A stretch of DNA of 64,000 nt from Chiloscyllium plagiosum (GCF_004010195.1 NC_057750.1:2046929-2110928), one strand, 5' to 3'; positions 25,665 through 39,591 are shown, counted from the first letter of the stretch. A program made the numbers and translations. The notes: generated by a model not told the origin, from the letters alone.

Positions 25665-27180
25665 AAGTCATGGAAATCTACAGCACAGATAAAGGCCCTT
25701 CAACCCATCAAGTCTGCAACTGGTCAAAAACAAGCTCCTAACTATTCTAATCCTATTTTCCAGCACTTGGCCCATTGTCTTATATTCCTTTGCATCTCAA
25801 GTGCACATCTAAATACTACTTCAGTAGTCTTTCTGTCTTTACCACCCTTTCAGGCAGAGAGTTCCAGATTCCCACCACCCCCTGGATGAAAGAAAATTTC
25901 GTCTCAATCTTCTGTCCCTTTGGGGGCGGCGCAGTGGCTCAGTGGTTAGCACTGCTGCCTCAGCGCCAGGGACCCAGTTTGATTCCAGCGTTGGGGGACT
26001 GTCTGTGTGAAGTTTGGGTGCTCCAGTTTCCTCCCACATTCCAAAAGATGTGCAGGTCAAGTGAATTGGCCATGCTAAATTGCCCATAGTGTTAGGTATG
26101 TTAGTCAGAGGGAAATAAGTCTGGGTGGGTCACTCTTCAGAGGGTTGTTATGGACTTGTTGAGCCAAAGGGCCTGTTTTCACACTGTAGGGAATCTAATC
26201 TAAAACTGTCGCCCCGGCCATTAGTTCTGCCACCAAGCGGGGAATTTTCTTTCTGTCTAGCCTTTTTATGCGTTATACTTCTCAATCATGTCTTCACTCA
26301 GGCTCCTCTGTTCAAGGAAAACAGCCCCAGTCTGCCCAATCTGTCTTCATAACTAAAACGTATCAGACCTGGCAACATCCTGGTAAATCTCCACTGCACC
26401 CTCTCCAGTGTAAGTACATCCCTCCTATAATGTGGATTCCAAAATTGCATATAATAGCTGAGTTGTGGCCAAACCAACCAGTTCCAGCATAACCTGCCTA
26501 CTCTTCAATTCTGTGCCTCAACTAATAAAGGCAAGTATCTCAAATGCTGTCTTAACTACTTTATCTGCCATCCTGCTTCATTAAGGGACTAGTGGGCATG
26601 CGCACCAAAGTCCCACTGATCCAAGGTGCTTTGCGGGGCCCTAATGTTCACCACATATTCCCTTGAGTTGTTTGTCCTGCTCAATGATAAATGGATCACA
26701 TTTATCCAGATTGAATTCCATTTGCCACTGATCAGCCAATCTGACGAGCCTGTCTATATCCTCCTCTGATCTAAGGCTGTACTTCTCTCAGTTTGACCTT
26801 ACTAGTTTTGATATCACTCACAAACATACTGATTGACCCTCCTACATTTCTCTGTACTTAGTATACTAATGTCTAATGTTTTAATATAAGAAAAGCAAGA
26901 GTCCCAACATTGATTCCTGTGGAACTTAACTCTAAATTTTTCACAGCCTGAAAACTATCCATTAGCTGTTACTAATTTTGTGTCCATGTTACTGCTGTCT
27001 CTTTTATTTCCTGGCTCTAACTTGACTCAAAGTCTGCTGTGCAGCACTGTATCAAATGCCTTCTGGAAATCCATGTGCCCCACAACAATATTGCCCTGTC
27101 AACCATTTCTGTTGACTCATCAAAAAGCTACAGTGCATTAGTTAAACCTATCCTTCCTTTAAGCAATGTGGGACGGCCAT
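25665..27180 (-). mobile_element. CR1 LINE fragment interrupted by a SINE at 25922-26203
   Basis: CTGGCAACATCCTGGTAAATCTCC, TTGAATTCCATTTGCCAC and TCAAATGCCTTCTGGAAATCC RT motifs. Confidence 0.75.
25922..26203 (+). mobile_element. HE1-like V-SINE
   Basis: tRNA-like head, partial V-domain, (TCTAA)n tail. Confidence 0.85.
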
Positions 27181-27193
27181 CCTCCTTATTAGG

Positions 27194-27506
27194 TTAGATT
27201 AGATTAGATTACTTACAGTGTGGAAACAGGCCCTTCGGCCCAACAAGTCCACACCGACCCGCCGAAGCGCAACCCACCCATACCCCTACATTTACCCCTT
27301 ACCTAACACTACGGGCAATTTAGCATGGCCAATTCACCTGACCTGCACATCTTTGGACTGTGGGAGGAAACTGGAGAACCCGGAGGAAACCCACGCAGAC
27401 ACGGGGAGAACGTGCAAACTCCACACAGTGAGTCGCCTGAGGCGGGAATTGAACCCGGGTCTCTGCCGCTGTGAGGCAGCAGTGCTAACCACTGTGCCAC
27501 CGTGCT
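27194..27506 (-). mobile_element. HE1-like V-SINE, young
   Basis: Near-complete element with (TCTAA)n tail; nearly identical to 28337-28662. Confidence 0.9.
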
Positions 27507-28336
27507 CCAACAACACTCAAGAAGCTTAACATCATCCAGGGCAAAGCATCTGGCGTAATTGGCACCATATCCACAAACATTCATTCCACTCTCAATGCAT
27601 AGCAGCAGGGTGTACCATCTAGATGATGCACTACTGAAATTCACTAAGGCTCATTAGGAAGTACTTTTCAAACCCAAGGTCAGTACTATTTTGAAGGACT
27701 CCATATTTAAGAATATCACCAGCTGAAAGTTTCCCTCTAAGCCACTCACCATCTAAGGCTGGGAAATAAATTGCTCAGCGAGTGATCCCCACAAATGCAT
27801 TAAAAAGACTACTCACAGCCTTCTATATCAAGTCTGATTCTCAATTGTGTTCTCAACACCAGTGAGAAAATCAGAAAGAAATTCTGTAAGCTGCCAAATT
27901 CATTTTGTTTGTTCTGCGATGGCCCAATACATATTTTCCTGCTGCATTGTCATGCGTTTGTCAGGAAACACCTGTATCTGCATCTTTCAGACAGAGTTAG
28001 ACGTGCAAGAGGTTATTGTAGAGTTTAGAATGCTTCAGGAAATTGAGGTTGTGCAGTGGGCCTAATTATATAGGAATGCTGCAAATGTAACCCTCAGGAA
28101 AGTCTTATTTCTCTGTACACCTTCTTGGGTATGTCCAGGCAGAGTGTCTCTTTAAACCTGCTGGTTTGGAAATGCTGCGTTGCACTTGTGGGGGCGGGTA
28201 AGTCTCGAAGCCGGCCCTTCTGCCATGGAGATAGGTGCACTCCTTGTGTGCCAAAAGAGAACCTTTCCAGCTACACTGGCAATAACAGTGGTCCGCCCTG
28301 CATTTGCAGAAAGTTAAAGAGGTGCTGATCAGTAGC

Positions 28337-28662
28337 TAGATTAGATTAGATTAGATTAGATTACTTACAGTGTGGAAACAGACCCTTCGGCCCAACAAGT
28401 CCACACCGCCCCGCCGAAGCGCAACCCACCCATACCCCTACATTTACCCCTGACCTAACACTACGGACAATTTAGCATGGCCAATTCACCTGACCTGCAC
28501 ATCTTTAGACTGTGGGAGGAAACCGGAGCACCCGGAGGAAACCCACGCAGACACGGGGAGAATGTGCAAACTCCACACAGTCAGTCGCCTGAGGCGGGAA
28601 CTGAACCCGGGTCTCTGGAGCTGTGAGGCAGCAGTGCTAACCACTGTGCCACCATGCCGCCC
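28337..28662 (-). mobile_element. HE1-like V-SINE, young, full length
   Basis: GGGCGGCATGGTGGCACAGTGGTTAGC head, B-box, V-domain, (TCTAA)5 tail. Confidence 0.9.
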
Positions 28663-28866
28663 ACTGAAGGAAGGAAGTGCTGCTGGAAAACTAATGAATA
28701 ACACTGAGGGAAGTGAAGTTTTGCATACAAGGCCATATGGCAGAGGCTTCATTAGAGGGGTGTTTATGGATAGTAAGACTGAGTGCACTAAAGACATCTG
28801 GCACTTAAAGTTGACATAAATAATATGACCGTTTTTAAAGCTAAGAGATCTGTTTAGCCAAGCAAT

Positions 28867-29200
28867 GGGGGAGGCGATGACCTAGTGATATTATTGCTGG
28901 ACTGTTAATCCACAGACCCAGGTATGGCCTGGGTACTTGAATTCAAATCCCTCCATGGCAGATGGTGGAATTTGAATTCAATAAACATCTGGATTTAAGA
29001 GTCTAATAATGACTATTGCCAATTGTCGGAAAAACCCATCCGGTTCACTAATACTCTTTAGGGCAGGAAACTGCCGTTCTTTCTTGGTTCAACTACATGT
29101 GACTCCCTACCCACAGCAATGTATTGACCCGTAACTATCCTGTGGGGTGGACAATAAATGCTTGCCTAGCCAGTGACACCATCATCCTGTGAATTAATTT
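28867..29200 (+). mobile_element. Second tRNA-derived SINE family (other copies: 47096-47431 -, 50055-50398 -, 47010-47660 + interrupted)
   Basis: TGACCTAGTGA A-box, TTCAAATCC B-box, shared core AAAAACCCATC.GGTTCACTAAT and tail AATAAATGCT.GCCTAGCCAGTGAC. Confidence 0.75.
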
Positions 29201-29619
29201 TCTTTTTAAAAATCATCTTGTTCCAATTTTTTTTGGATAAATCTTACAATGCGGCTATTTGGTTCATTGAGGCCATGCTTTGCAGGAGCTTCCAATTAAT
29301 CCAGCTTCTCTACTCTCCCTACAGCCTGTAATTTTTCAAGTGATTTTCCAATTCCTTTTTGAAAGTTTCTTTTTACTTAAATTGCATCGCCTTTTGCTAA
29401 TTCCCTAAACTATGTTGTCTCTCCTGCTGATACAAAGCTATTCTTCTCCTTTTACTGTCAAAACCCTTCACGATTTTGAACACCTGTATTAAATCTTACT
29501 TTCACCATGAAGGAGACCAATCCAGCTTCTCTCGTCTGACAACTTCTCTGAAGTTCACTACGATGTTTGATCTCAATAGAGTGGGGAGAAAGAGAGGAAT
29601 GTTTTAAAAGGAATGTTTC

Positions 29620-30055
29620 TGGTGACCCACTGGGTCAGAAGTTTGTGCTTCAAGTCCCTCTTCAGGACTTAAACACAAGAGAAATCTAGGTTTCAACTCC
29701 CAGAGGAGCGCTGAAGGAGGACTGTGCAGTTGTAAATGCCATTTATACATAATGCATTCACCTATGGCCCCTTCAGGTAGATGCAAATGATCCTGCAGTG
29801 TTGTTTGATAGAGGTGCAAGGGAGTCTTCTCCTTGATGTCCCAGCCAACATTTTTAACGGAGTCAACATCAGAAAGAAAACGGGCTATCTTCTCGTTGTC
29901 ACGTTACATTTTGTGGGAGCTTGCTGTGCACAAATTGGTTGTTGTGTTTCATACATGACAATAGAGGCTGTGCTTAGAGATAGGATTCACTGGCTATAAA
30001 GTGCTTTGGGATATTCTGTGGACGTGAAAGATGTCCTGTAAATACAGTTTTTTTT
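29620..30055 (+). mobile_element. Old Deu-domain (SacSINE1/AmnSINE1-like) SINE; similar copies at ~19530-19970, 35945-36620, 30440-30760 (-), 62830-63230 (-)
   Basis: Shared blocks GTCAGAAG..TG.G.TTCAAGTCC, GGGAGCTTGCTGTGCACAAATTGG and TTCA.TGGCT.TAAAG.GCTTTGGGA. Family name from recall. Confidence 0.55.
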
Positions 30056-33000
30056 CCCTCTGAGATTGGCTGCTTGACATATTTGGATAGATGCCTGAAA
30101 TTCTTGTGTTAGCAGCTTTGCTCCATAAATAGTATCTGCTGAAGGGATCCTGAGGAAGTGTGCCTCTGGGAAACAGAATTCCCAGATGTGATCCTTTGAC
30201 TAACCAGGAAAGAGACAGTTACAAAGGAGAGATTTGCAGCACGGAGTAAGGTCTTTGTTCCTGTCTGGAGGATTTCCTCCTGCTTTCTCTGATTACCTAC
30301 TTTTCACTATTAAATGGAAAAGACATGACGATTCTGTTAACATCAAATTAGCTCCTGTATTTGCACAGTTACAGACAACAAATTGCATGTGGCCATTTTA
30401 TCTGATGCAGTTGGGAGATGGATTAAGAATGTTACTTCAGCAAAGCAAAGACTTACATTTCCATAGAACCTTTCACATTCTCAGGATGTCCCAGTGCTTT
30501 ACAGCCAATGAAGTGCGTTTTAGGTATAGTCATTGTTGTAATGTCTGAAATGTAGCAGCCAGTTTGTGCACAGTGAGACCCACAATCAGTGAATGGTGAC
30601 GATAACTAGGTAGGTGGTTGTTCAGAGAGAAATCTGATCCCAGGACAAAAGGATGGTCATGTCACTCTTCAAACTCATACTGCAGGATCTTTATCCTCCT
30701 ATGGGGAAGCCACAGCCTTAGATTAACATCTGATTCAAAAGATAGCAATTCTGAAATACGTCAGGCGGGATGTCTGGTGTCGGGTGGGATTATGGGGTTT
30801 GAGTTTAGAGAAAATCCTGCCCGTGCAATTGAGATTGGAATACTTCTGTCCTGTCCATTAACCTCTGAAATGAGTTTGGAGAATGCTGGAGGAGTTTAAA
30901 CAGCTATTGCAAATTGTCCCTAATTGAATACCAAGTTCATTCTTGGAGTTCAAAGGGTATACTGAAAAGGGTGCAGAACTGAAATTCTGCATTGATGCAG
31001 TGGTTGGAGTTTTTGCTTTTTGTTAGGGGACAGTAAAGTGTGCATCAATTCCATTCTGAAACTGGGAAATGTTCCATTCACTGACACTTAACATCCTTTG
31101 ACTTGACAAATGTGCACATACCCAGAACAAATGTTTTCAAATTCTCCTGTGTGATTCCACTCATCTTTTACCACAGGCGAGCAGCTATGTCCTGTAAACT
31201 CCCTGCAGAAATACAACTGTTTTTAAAAAAGCATTTTATTCTGTACAATCTTAATGTTCTGGTTTTGTTTTGCATCATGATTATTTTGACGTTTTTGTTT
31301 GGAAAGGAGGTGAAACCTTGAGCTGATAAAGTTGAAGTCTTCAAGATTATGTTGTAGATTGACAAAACTGATTTGGACAGATTGTGGGGTAGGTTCACAT
31401 CCTGAGGGATGCAGGCTTAAAAAGAAAATTCCAAGTGACCTTTCACCTAGCCGTGTTACAGAGTAAATGACCAGGATAAGTTATTGAGGCCAACAGATTA
31501 GAGTGTTGCACATCTACACAATTATGTGATCTGTCTGTCTGTACATTTTTTTTAAACTTCTCTCTGGCTGTCTGTCTGTCTCTCTGTTTTGGGTTCTGTG
31601 TCTCTGTCTTGTAATTTTTTTCTCTTTGTCTCTTTCCCTCGCCATCTCATCCCAGTGCCATTACACTGTGGTTTCTTAGCCCTGACAAGCCAACTCTGTA
31701 CTCTCTGTCACGTTGTGCTACACAGATTGAGCCTGGGGTGAACTGTCTCAATGTGCCAGATCACTTCTGCTACCTATAATGGCCAGAGTACTGCCTCAGG
31801 GCACACATTGCATGTGTGTGCATGCATTCCCGTGAGGGATGACTTAACCGTAGAAAATGTTCTTTCTGCAGTAGGTCGCATAACCAGTTCCAAATCACAA
31901 TTGAACAATTTACTTTTAACAAAACTAATAATGATATTGAGTTACAGGGCAATGGTCCAAGTGTACGAGGAATTTTTATACCATATGTAACTGTGTGGTA
32001 TCCTCTACCAAGTTTGTTTTGGAGTGGGGATTTGTTTTCTCTCTTTCGTCAACAGAAGAGTTTTAATAATGTATTTTTGTACAGGTAAAGCATTGCTCCC
32101 AACGGTGCGTGACGTAATGTGGGTATTGTGCAGTCCCTGGCAGGTTCTACGCTGGAATAGGGGATCGAGACACAACTAAAGTGCCAGGCAAGATTGCAGG
32201 ATTTATATGATGTCTGCTCGTGCAGGTAAATAGATGAGGTTGCTCGGGAATGTGACACAGTTTCCAGAAGGATTCAGCCCAGAGCAGGTTGCCAGAAGCT
32301 AAAGCACTTTTCAAATTGTTCATTTTCCCATCTTTTCCAATTTCCTGCTGTCCTAACCTGAACCATGGGGATAGTCTTGAGTGCTGGTGACCAGTTGGTC
32401 CAAGAAGAGGCCATTCTCTGAATATTCTATAGGTTTATTCACGGACTTCACTGGCTGGGCCAATATTTATTGATATGCCCTTGAGAAGCTGGTTGTGAGC
32501 TGCTTCATTGATGTATTGCATGTAGATATACCTACACTACTTTTAGGGAGAGAGTGCCAGGAATTCGACCCAGCAACACTGAAGGGTCAAGGCAGGATGG
32601 TGAGCAGCTTGGATGGGAACTTGTAGGGAGTGCTGTTCTCATGTAAATGCTGCCTTTTTTTAAAGTTCTTTCATGGAAAAGAATTTCACTGTCTGGGCCA
32701 GCATTTATTGCCCGTCCCTAATTGGTCTTGAGAAGATGGTGGTGAACTGACTTCTTGAACTGCAACAATCCATGTCCTTGTCCTTCTACATGGAAGTGGT
32801 TATGGTTTGAAAGGTGCTGTTTAAGGAGCCTGAGGGAATTTCTGCACTGCATCTTGTAGACCTGTCTATGTGGATCTAGCTAGGGAGGAATGGGAGACAT
32901 TTCAACTTTGAAGGATTCACCAATAGCATTATTTACAAAAAAAATCTAATTGAACTTCGCAGTGAGATGTCTAGTTTCCTTTTAGGCCCCCACATCCACT

Positions 33001-36000
33001 TCATCTTCGCTACACCCTAATGGTACCTACATTGTTCCTGTCAGACGTAAACCTTGTATGCATTCCATTAATCTTGAGGGTTTGCTGTGCTTATGAGATT
33101 GGAGCCATGCAATGGAAAGCTCTCAGTTTCAGACACTCTCTCTGCATCAAGCCAAGATGCAGTGACAGAGTAAAGCTTCTTTCATGGTGTTCCTTGATGG
33201 TTCTTAGGTTCCAAGTTTTCTCTGATTTGACATTTTGCATTTTCCCACACAATAGCCATCCAGTGCCATCTTATGTAAGATTGACAGCTGATCTGAATTT
33301 CTCTTGTTTCTGTACCCACTACGATCTGCAGTGAAGGTGTTTCAACTGCTGACAGTGCAGTGGTTTAGTGAATCAGATGCTAGATTTCAAATTCATGACT
33401 TCCAAAACTGCCTGGTAAAAGTATAAAATTGAATTGTTAAAACTTGATTTTGCAGGACACCAAACTGTCATCATAACTAACTACATTATTGTGTTACTGA
33501 CAGTCCGTATCACATCAAGCCTTGGTTGTGAAACAGCAGGACATGGGAAATAGGAGCAGTAGGAGGCCATTCAACCTGTTGGGCTTGTACTGCCATTCAA
33601 CAAAATCATGATTAATCAACTACCTCATTATCAATTTTCCCTGCTATTCTTCCATCTCTTTACATCATTGGTATCCAGGCATCTTTTGATTTTTGTCTTC
33701 AATATACTCAATAATTGAGCATCCACATCCCTCTGGGGTATGGATTGATAAAATACAATCCAAATTCATGGAGAAAATCATTTTCAGATTAACCAGAGCA
33801 GGACTAAACTTCTTACGATTCTAGCGCAGGTGATCAGAAGTGATGTGAATTTGGTTCTGAAGTTGGCGCAGTGCATTTACATCTGTACAGCTGCAGAAAT
33901 CCTCAGGCAATCTAGTATTCTGTTTACAATTCCACTGGTTCCCATTTCTGTTCCTCCTTTTTCCTAGCAATGTTCTCCATGTTACTTTAGGAAGGATGCA
34001 AAGGCTTTTGAGAGGTTGCAGGAAAGAGTCATCTGAGAATGGTTCCAGGGATCTGGCACTTTACTTTCATATGAATAGGTTAGAGAATCTGGAGCTGTTC
34101 CTCTTTGAGATGGAAAGTTGAGAGGTGATTCGTTAGAGTTGCTCAAAATCATGACTGATCCAAACAGGTTGGATAAAGGAAAATAGATAAAGGGTCAGGA
34201 AGGAAAGGCACCAAATTAACATGGTGGACAAAAGAATCAAAAATGACACAAAAAACGAGAAAGGGCAGAGTTTTGGGTCTACCTGAGTTGCTCTTGCAAA
34301 CAGCATGGACTCAGCAGGCTGAATGGCCTCCTCTGCTGTTATCATTCTATGATTTGACACTAATGTTGGCACTGCACCTTGGGATGTTGTATTTCAAAGG
34401 TGGAGTGCTTTTTCTTTCAATTGTGGTAAATCGGTATTTAGATCTTGTCAACAGCACCAACAGTGACAGACATGAATCAACCAACTGATAGAGCATTTTG
34501 AACAGTGTAAACTATCAAGGCAAACAAATATAGGAACCAGGATGAGGAGTAAGCCCTTTAGCCCAACAGAATTTTTCCACTATGCAACTGGATTATAACT
34601 GATCATCTCCCTTAGTGCCATTCTATACTATACCCATATCCCGTGATGTTTTTAATATCTAGAAATCCATCATCAATGCACTCAATTTTAATTAACAACT
34701 ACCATTAAGAAGGAGAACAAGAACAATGACTGTAATAATGGGTGTGTTTTGGTGAACAAACCATGGGAATTCCCGCACCCCAAATACTAAAGTGAATGTT
34801 GTTTGCTGGCTGGACCTGATTCACTGCAGCTTAATAAGTTTATCATTGCTTGGATGATTTAATATTTGATTTGATTGGAGTTTGTACCTCTTTACTGAAA
34901 TTTACAGTGTTTGCTCATGTGCTTCATAAACATAAGCTTGTGTAAAACTCTGTGATAACGTCCTAACTCTCACCACATTCTGTTTTTCTCCCCATCGACC
35001 CTGTGCTCGTTTACCTCCATTTGGCTTCTAATCTGGTAATGCCTCGCTATTTTAAAAACTCGTATTCTTGTTTTCAAATCGCTTCTATGGCTTCACCTCT
35101 CCTCATCTCTACTACCTCCTTCAACCGGGCTGGGTGATTGCATTTCTTCGAATCAGCCTTGCTTTTTGTGCCTGGACCCTAAACTCTGGAGTTTCCTGCT
35201 TACACCTCTTTTCCCTTTATGATGTGCCTTATTACCTATCTCTTTGACTAAGCATTTGGTTGTTTAATGTGGCTCAGTGTCAAAGTGTGTCTGATAGTGC
35301 TTCTGGCATTGCTTTCCTACTCTCAAACTTTAGTAATGCTTAAGAACATTGTTTGTAAAAAATGGGTTAATTAAATTACATTTGGATTAAATATGCCTAG
35401 TTATGTAATTGTATTACAGTATTGTCATGTTCTACCTTGACTGTTTGAATGCCATCCTATCTCTCTTGTCTGCTTTACATTCTGCATTTCAATGCAAGAC
35501 TGCACTGATTGCATTTGCCTGGCGAGTGGTGATGGTTTTCTGAGGAGGTCAGTGCAGTGAACTACCATTACCAGAGCAGATTAATGGCAAAGGTAAATCT
35601 AGGTGCTGTTTATTCTAATAGTCAGCAACCAGCTCTCTCTGCAAAGTGAATTAGATGCCACAATAGGATAGGTGCAAATATTTTGAATCTGGGACCTCAA
35701 CATTTTCTCAGAGTGTAAATAAAAAGAAGCAAGGATTGTCTTTTAAATGGCTTTCTCAAGGGCCTTGACTTTGGAACTTCTCAGTATGTCAAGTGGCCAG
35801 TGTTGACAGCAACTTCAGATGGTGACCACGTGGAGTGCAACTAGGGAATGACAGAGAGAGCTAGCATCTTGCCATAAATTTGATACTAACTGCATGTTTG
35901 GGATTAACACCAGATTTCTATAATTAACCATAAGTTAAAAAAGAATGTAGCCGCGACTCAGTGGGTAGCATTTCACCTTTGAAGCAGAAGACTGTGGATT

Positions 36001-36111
36001 TGAGACCCAATGCAGAAACCTGAGTGCAAGAAAATTCAGTGCTCCTGTTGTAGGACTGAATGAGTGCTGTGTTGTCAGAAATGCTGATTATTGGATGATG
36101 CATTCTGGAAT

Positions 36112-36433
36112 TATAGAATCCCTATGGTCCGGAAGCAGGCCATTCAGCCCATCGAATCCACACTGATCCTCCAAAGAGCATCCCATCCTATCCTTTGTAA
36201 GTCTGCATTTCCCATGACTAAGCACCTAACCTACACATCTCTGGACAGAACAGACAGTTTAGCATGGCCAATTCACCTAGCCTGCACACCTTTGGACTGT
36301 GGGAGGAAACCAGAGCACTCAGGAAACCCACACAGACATAGGGGAGAATGTGCAAATTCCACGCAATCGCCCGTGGGTGGAATCTAATCCGGATCCCTGG
36401 CAGCAGTGCTAACCGCTGAGCCACCATACCACC
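36112..36433 (-). mobile_element. HE1-like V-SINE nested in a Deu-type SINE
   Basis: V-domain and tRNA head on the minus strand. Confidence 0.8.
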
Positions 36434-36680
36434 ATACTCATTTAACTGAGGCCCTATCTGTCTCCTCAATTGGACATAAGAGTTCCATGGCATTAATTAC
36501 AGCCAGGGAGGAGAATTCTGGCTTATACCTATGACGTGACTACACTTCAAAATCACTTCATTGGTTTATAGTGCTTTAGGATGCCCGGAGGTTGAGCAAT
36601 TTTATATAAATGTTTGATTCTTTTATACAATTGGTAGGGCAGTAGCACTTTAGTTATTGTGTTTTGTTTTTACAGTTGAC

Positions 36681-36721
36681 ATGGATGATGAAGATGGACG
36701 TTGTCTGTTAGACGTAATTTG
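36681..36721 (+). CDS. BICRA: BICRA/GLTSCR1 first coding exon (MDDEDGRCLLDVI-C); exon begins at 36676 with 5 nt of UTR
   Basis: Polypyrimidine tract plus TACAG acceptor (AG 36674-36675), ATG at 36681, donor TG|GTATGT at 36722. The peptide matches the N-terminus of human BICRA as recalled and differs from paralog BICRAL (MDDDDDSCLLDLIG). Confidence 0.95.
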
Positions 36722-37769
36722 GTATGTATCTCATCTCCAAAAAAACCCCTAAGAAAAGGTAAATAACAGTGACTGTTCACTTACATTTTCTCCTCCCTGT
36801 TTTTGGGGCATCTTCAATTCATACAAAGTTTGCCGTCCCTGGCCAAAATACTGTAGGAAATTGGGGTTTTGTCCTGTTCCAGTAGAGCAGCATTTCTGTT
36901 TGACTACTTCTGTTTTAACTACTTTGTGAGCACTTCGAGGGAGTGGTAATCGAGTTTCTTGCTGAAAATTGGAGTGATGATGAAAAGCTCCAACCTACCC
37001 AGGGTGCCAGGCCCCTCAGCACCAATCATTTCACACCCTCCCATCAACTGTACTTCACCTCATTTATTCTGCAAGAGCTTTGATTTGGGAATATTCACGA
37101 GCTTTCTGACCAGAGAGGGTATTGCAAAGAAATTATTTCAGCAGCTGAAAAAACTGCTCAGATTAATTTAACATCAGTAATGGGAAATTAATTTATCTTA
37201 ATTAATCCTTCATTTCCCTGACTTTAATCCAGCAAAAAGCTAGAGATTTGAACAAGGGAGCCACCATATTCACAGCTGGAGGCTTCTAACCTACAGAATC
37301 CGACTTCTGATCAGACAAAGCATCAAAATGGGTCAAGTATATATTACATTTTAAAAATAAAAGTCAGTGTGCGATCCCTATGATGAAGGCTTGGTGATTA
37401 ATTACTGCATGAAGGGAATAATCCTTCAGTAACTGCAGTCCTGCCTTACTTTCAGAATCCGCTTAAAGGTTTGTCTTAATTAATTGCATACAGCAAAATG
37501 AAATAGTGGGTCTGGCTTCCAAACTCCTGTTGGTCTAAGTTCGAACTCCACTTTCTCTCTTGGAATTCATTGCTCTTTTTGTTGAACTGGGAAGGTTTTG
37601 TTAACTTCAGGTTTAACTGGCTTCTCATTTAAGAATCAACCACCCTCCTGAGAGTTTTCTGTTCATAATTCTATCTGTAATTTTTTTTTTATTCATTTGA
37701 AGATGAGAATTTGTGCTGAGGTGTGGAATATCTTCAGCACCTAAGCAAACCTATATACTTGACAAGCAC

Positions 37770-38035
37770 TTTCAGGACAGCTACAGCATGGGTTTCAATA
37801 CAGAGTAAAGCTCTCTTTACACTGTCCTCGTCTATCACTCTTAACAACAGTACAACACTGGGTTAGATACAGAGTAAAGTTCTGTCTACGCTGTCCCTAT
37901 CAAACACTCCCAGACAGGGACAGCACCAAGTTATAAGCAAAGTAAAGCTCTCTACACTGACCCCCATCAAACATTTTCAGGGCAAGTACAGCAATGAGTT
38001 CGATAAAATGTCAAGTTCTCAGTACACTGTCCCTT
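37770..38035 (+). repeat. Degenerate tandem array, ~69-bp unit, ~4 copies
   Basis: CAGAGTAAAG recurs at 37801, 37870 and ~37939. Unit approximately GGGTTAGATACAGAGTAAAGCTCTCTCTACACTGTCCCCATCAAACACTCCCAGGACAGGGACAGCAC. Confidence 0.8.
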
Positions 38036-39134
38036 TCATGTAACTCAGACCAGCATTTAAAGAGATGTCCCCTGGTGGGCCATAATGGCATTACAGGTTT
38101 CTCACAATGCACTTTGAGTTTAGTTTTGTTTTTCGTTGCTAAATCAGTGAATGGATTGGGGCTACAGACCCTCATTTGATGTTGGATGTTTAGTGACAGC
38201 AGAGGCAAGACGCTTTTAACGTTAGATATATTCAAATGTGTTGTAGGGGATGAAAGCCAACATTTGTCTCACCCCTTGGTGATCTGTTTAGATTACAATC
38301 ACCCTGCGTGCAGATTGGATTTGCATTTTTGTTTAACATAAATGAAGCCCAGGAAGGCTGACTGGCTTTTATTTTTCAGTTATCTTGCTCCCTTGTGGTT
38401 TTATGTGCCAAGAGTTTTGCAATGTAAATCCTCTGCTAACAGAGTGACTGTTTAGTTTTCTTTTAAACAGCATAGTATCAAGCAAGTAGAAATTAAATTT
38501 CTGCAGTCATGCCTTCCTCAGTTTGTTCCACTTCGAAGAGCACTGACAGCCCACTGTGTTTTTCCATTGCTTATCTTTCTTAACTGTTCTTAAAACCAAA
38601 GCACACGGGAGCAGAAATTAGGCCTTTAAACCCATCAAGTCTGCTCGAGCCTCAGCAGTACATCTCTGCTCTTGTATTCCAGCCCCCTCAAAATGAATGC
38701 TAACATTGCATTTGCCTTCCTAACTGCCAGCTGAACCTATATGTTAACCTTAAGAGAATCCCAAATCAGAACTCCCAAGTCCGTTTGTTGTACAATCTTA
38801 GTTTTGTTGCTTTTTTTTCCCAAACAGGGCCACACCTAATGGATTAAGTCATTTCAGTTCCTTTTTGTGAACAGAAGTTAATTGACCTGAAACACAAACT
38901 CTTTCTTTCTCCACAGATGCTGCTAGATGTGCTGAGTATTTCCTGTCTTTTCCATTTTTAATTTTGGATTTCCAAGTATCCTATGATATTTAACTTTGGG
39001 TCACACAAGTGGTTTGTTCCTTTTATTTCTCCTTAATGAATTGGCTTCTGTCCCAGTCACCTGTAGCTTTCTGTGGGTTTCTGATGTAATTGGAAAGCTC
39101 AGTTGTTCCTGATGTGTATCCTTTTCCTTTCCAG

Positions 39135-39177
39135 TGACCCTCAGGCTCTGAATGACTTCTTGCATGGTTCAGACCAG
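39135..39177 (+). CDS. BICRA: BICRA coding exon 2 (C-DPQALNDFLHGSDQ)
   Basis: CTTTTCCTTTCCAG acceptor, CAG|GTGAGT donor. The phase-2 junction completes the TGT (Cys) codon. Conserved DPQALNDFLHGS motif. Confidence 0.95.
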
Positions 39178-39591
39178 GTGAGTATAATTTGCTGCTGGAC
39201 CAAGACTGGGATTGTACTTCTGTGTGTGGTGGTTCTGGTGCACACTGGAAGAGTCCCATGTGTTTCTGACCTTGGGTTCAATGATTTGAAAAAGAGTGGC
39301 ATTGGAATTTTGCAACTCAGTTCTGCCTATCTAGCTTTAGCTGCTTGAAAGAGTTGGGCCATTTAGTTTTCCTTATCATTTTCTTCGCTATAATGCTGCA
39401 ACTTTGTTCGTTTTAAGTACGTGTCCAATAGCTTTTTGAAAGGCATGAATGAGAGTCCAGTATCCTTTCAGCGGGCATTTTTCAAATCCTTTTCCAACCC
39501 TCTGAAGAAATTTCTCCTCATCCTCCTTTTTCCTGTTATTGTAAATTTATGCTCTCCTGACCCACTCCCAATGGAAAGTTTCTTCCCCCGT

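Noticed and set aside
36974..37109. Possible intronic C/D box snoRNA (GTGATGA ... CTGA)
   Set aside because: Only a ~3-bp terminal stem and no recognisable rRNA guide; such boxes occur by chance.
37770..38035. CRISPR-like repeat array
   Set aside because: Eukaryotic context, whole units repeat without unique spacers, and there are no cas genes.
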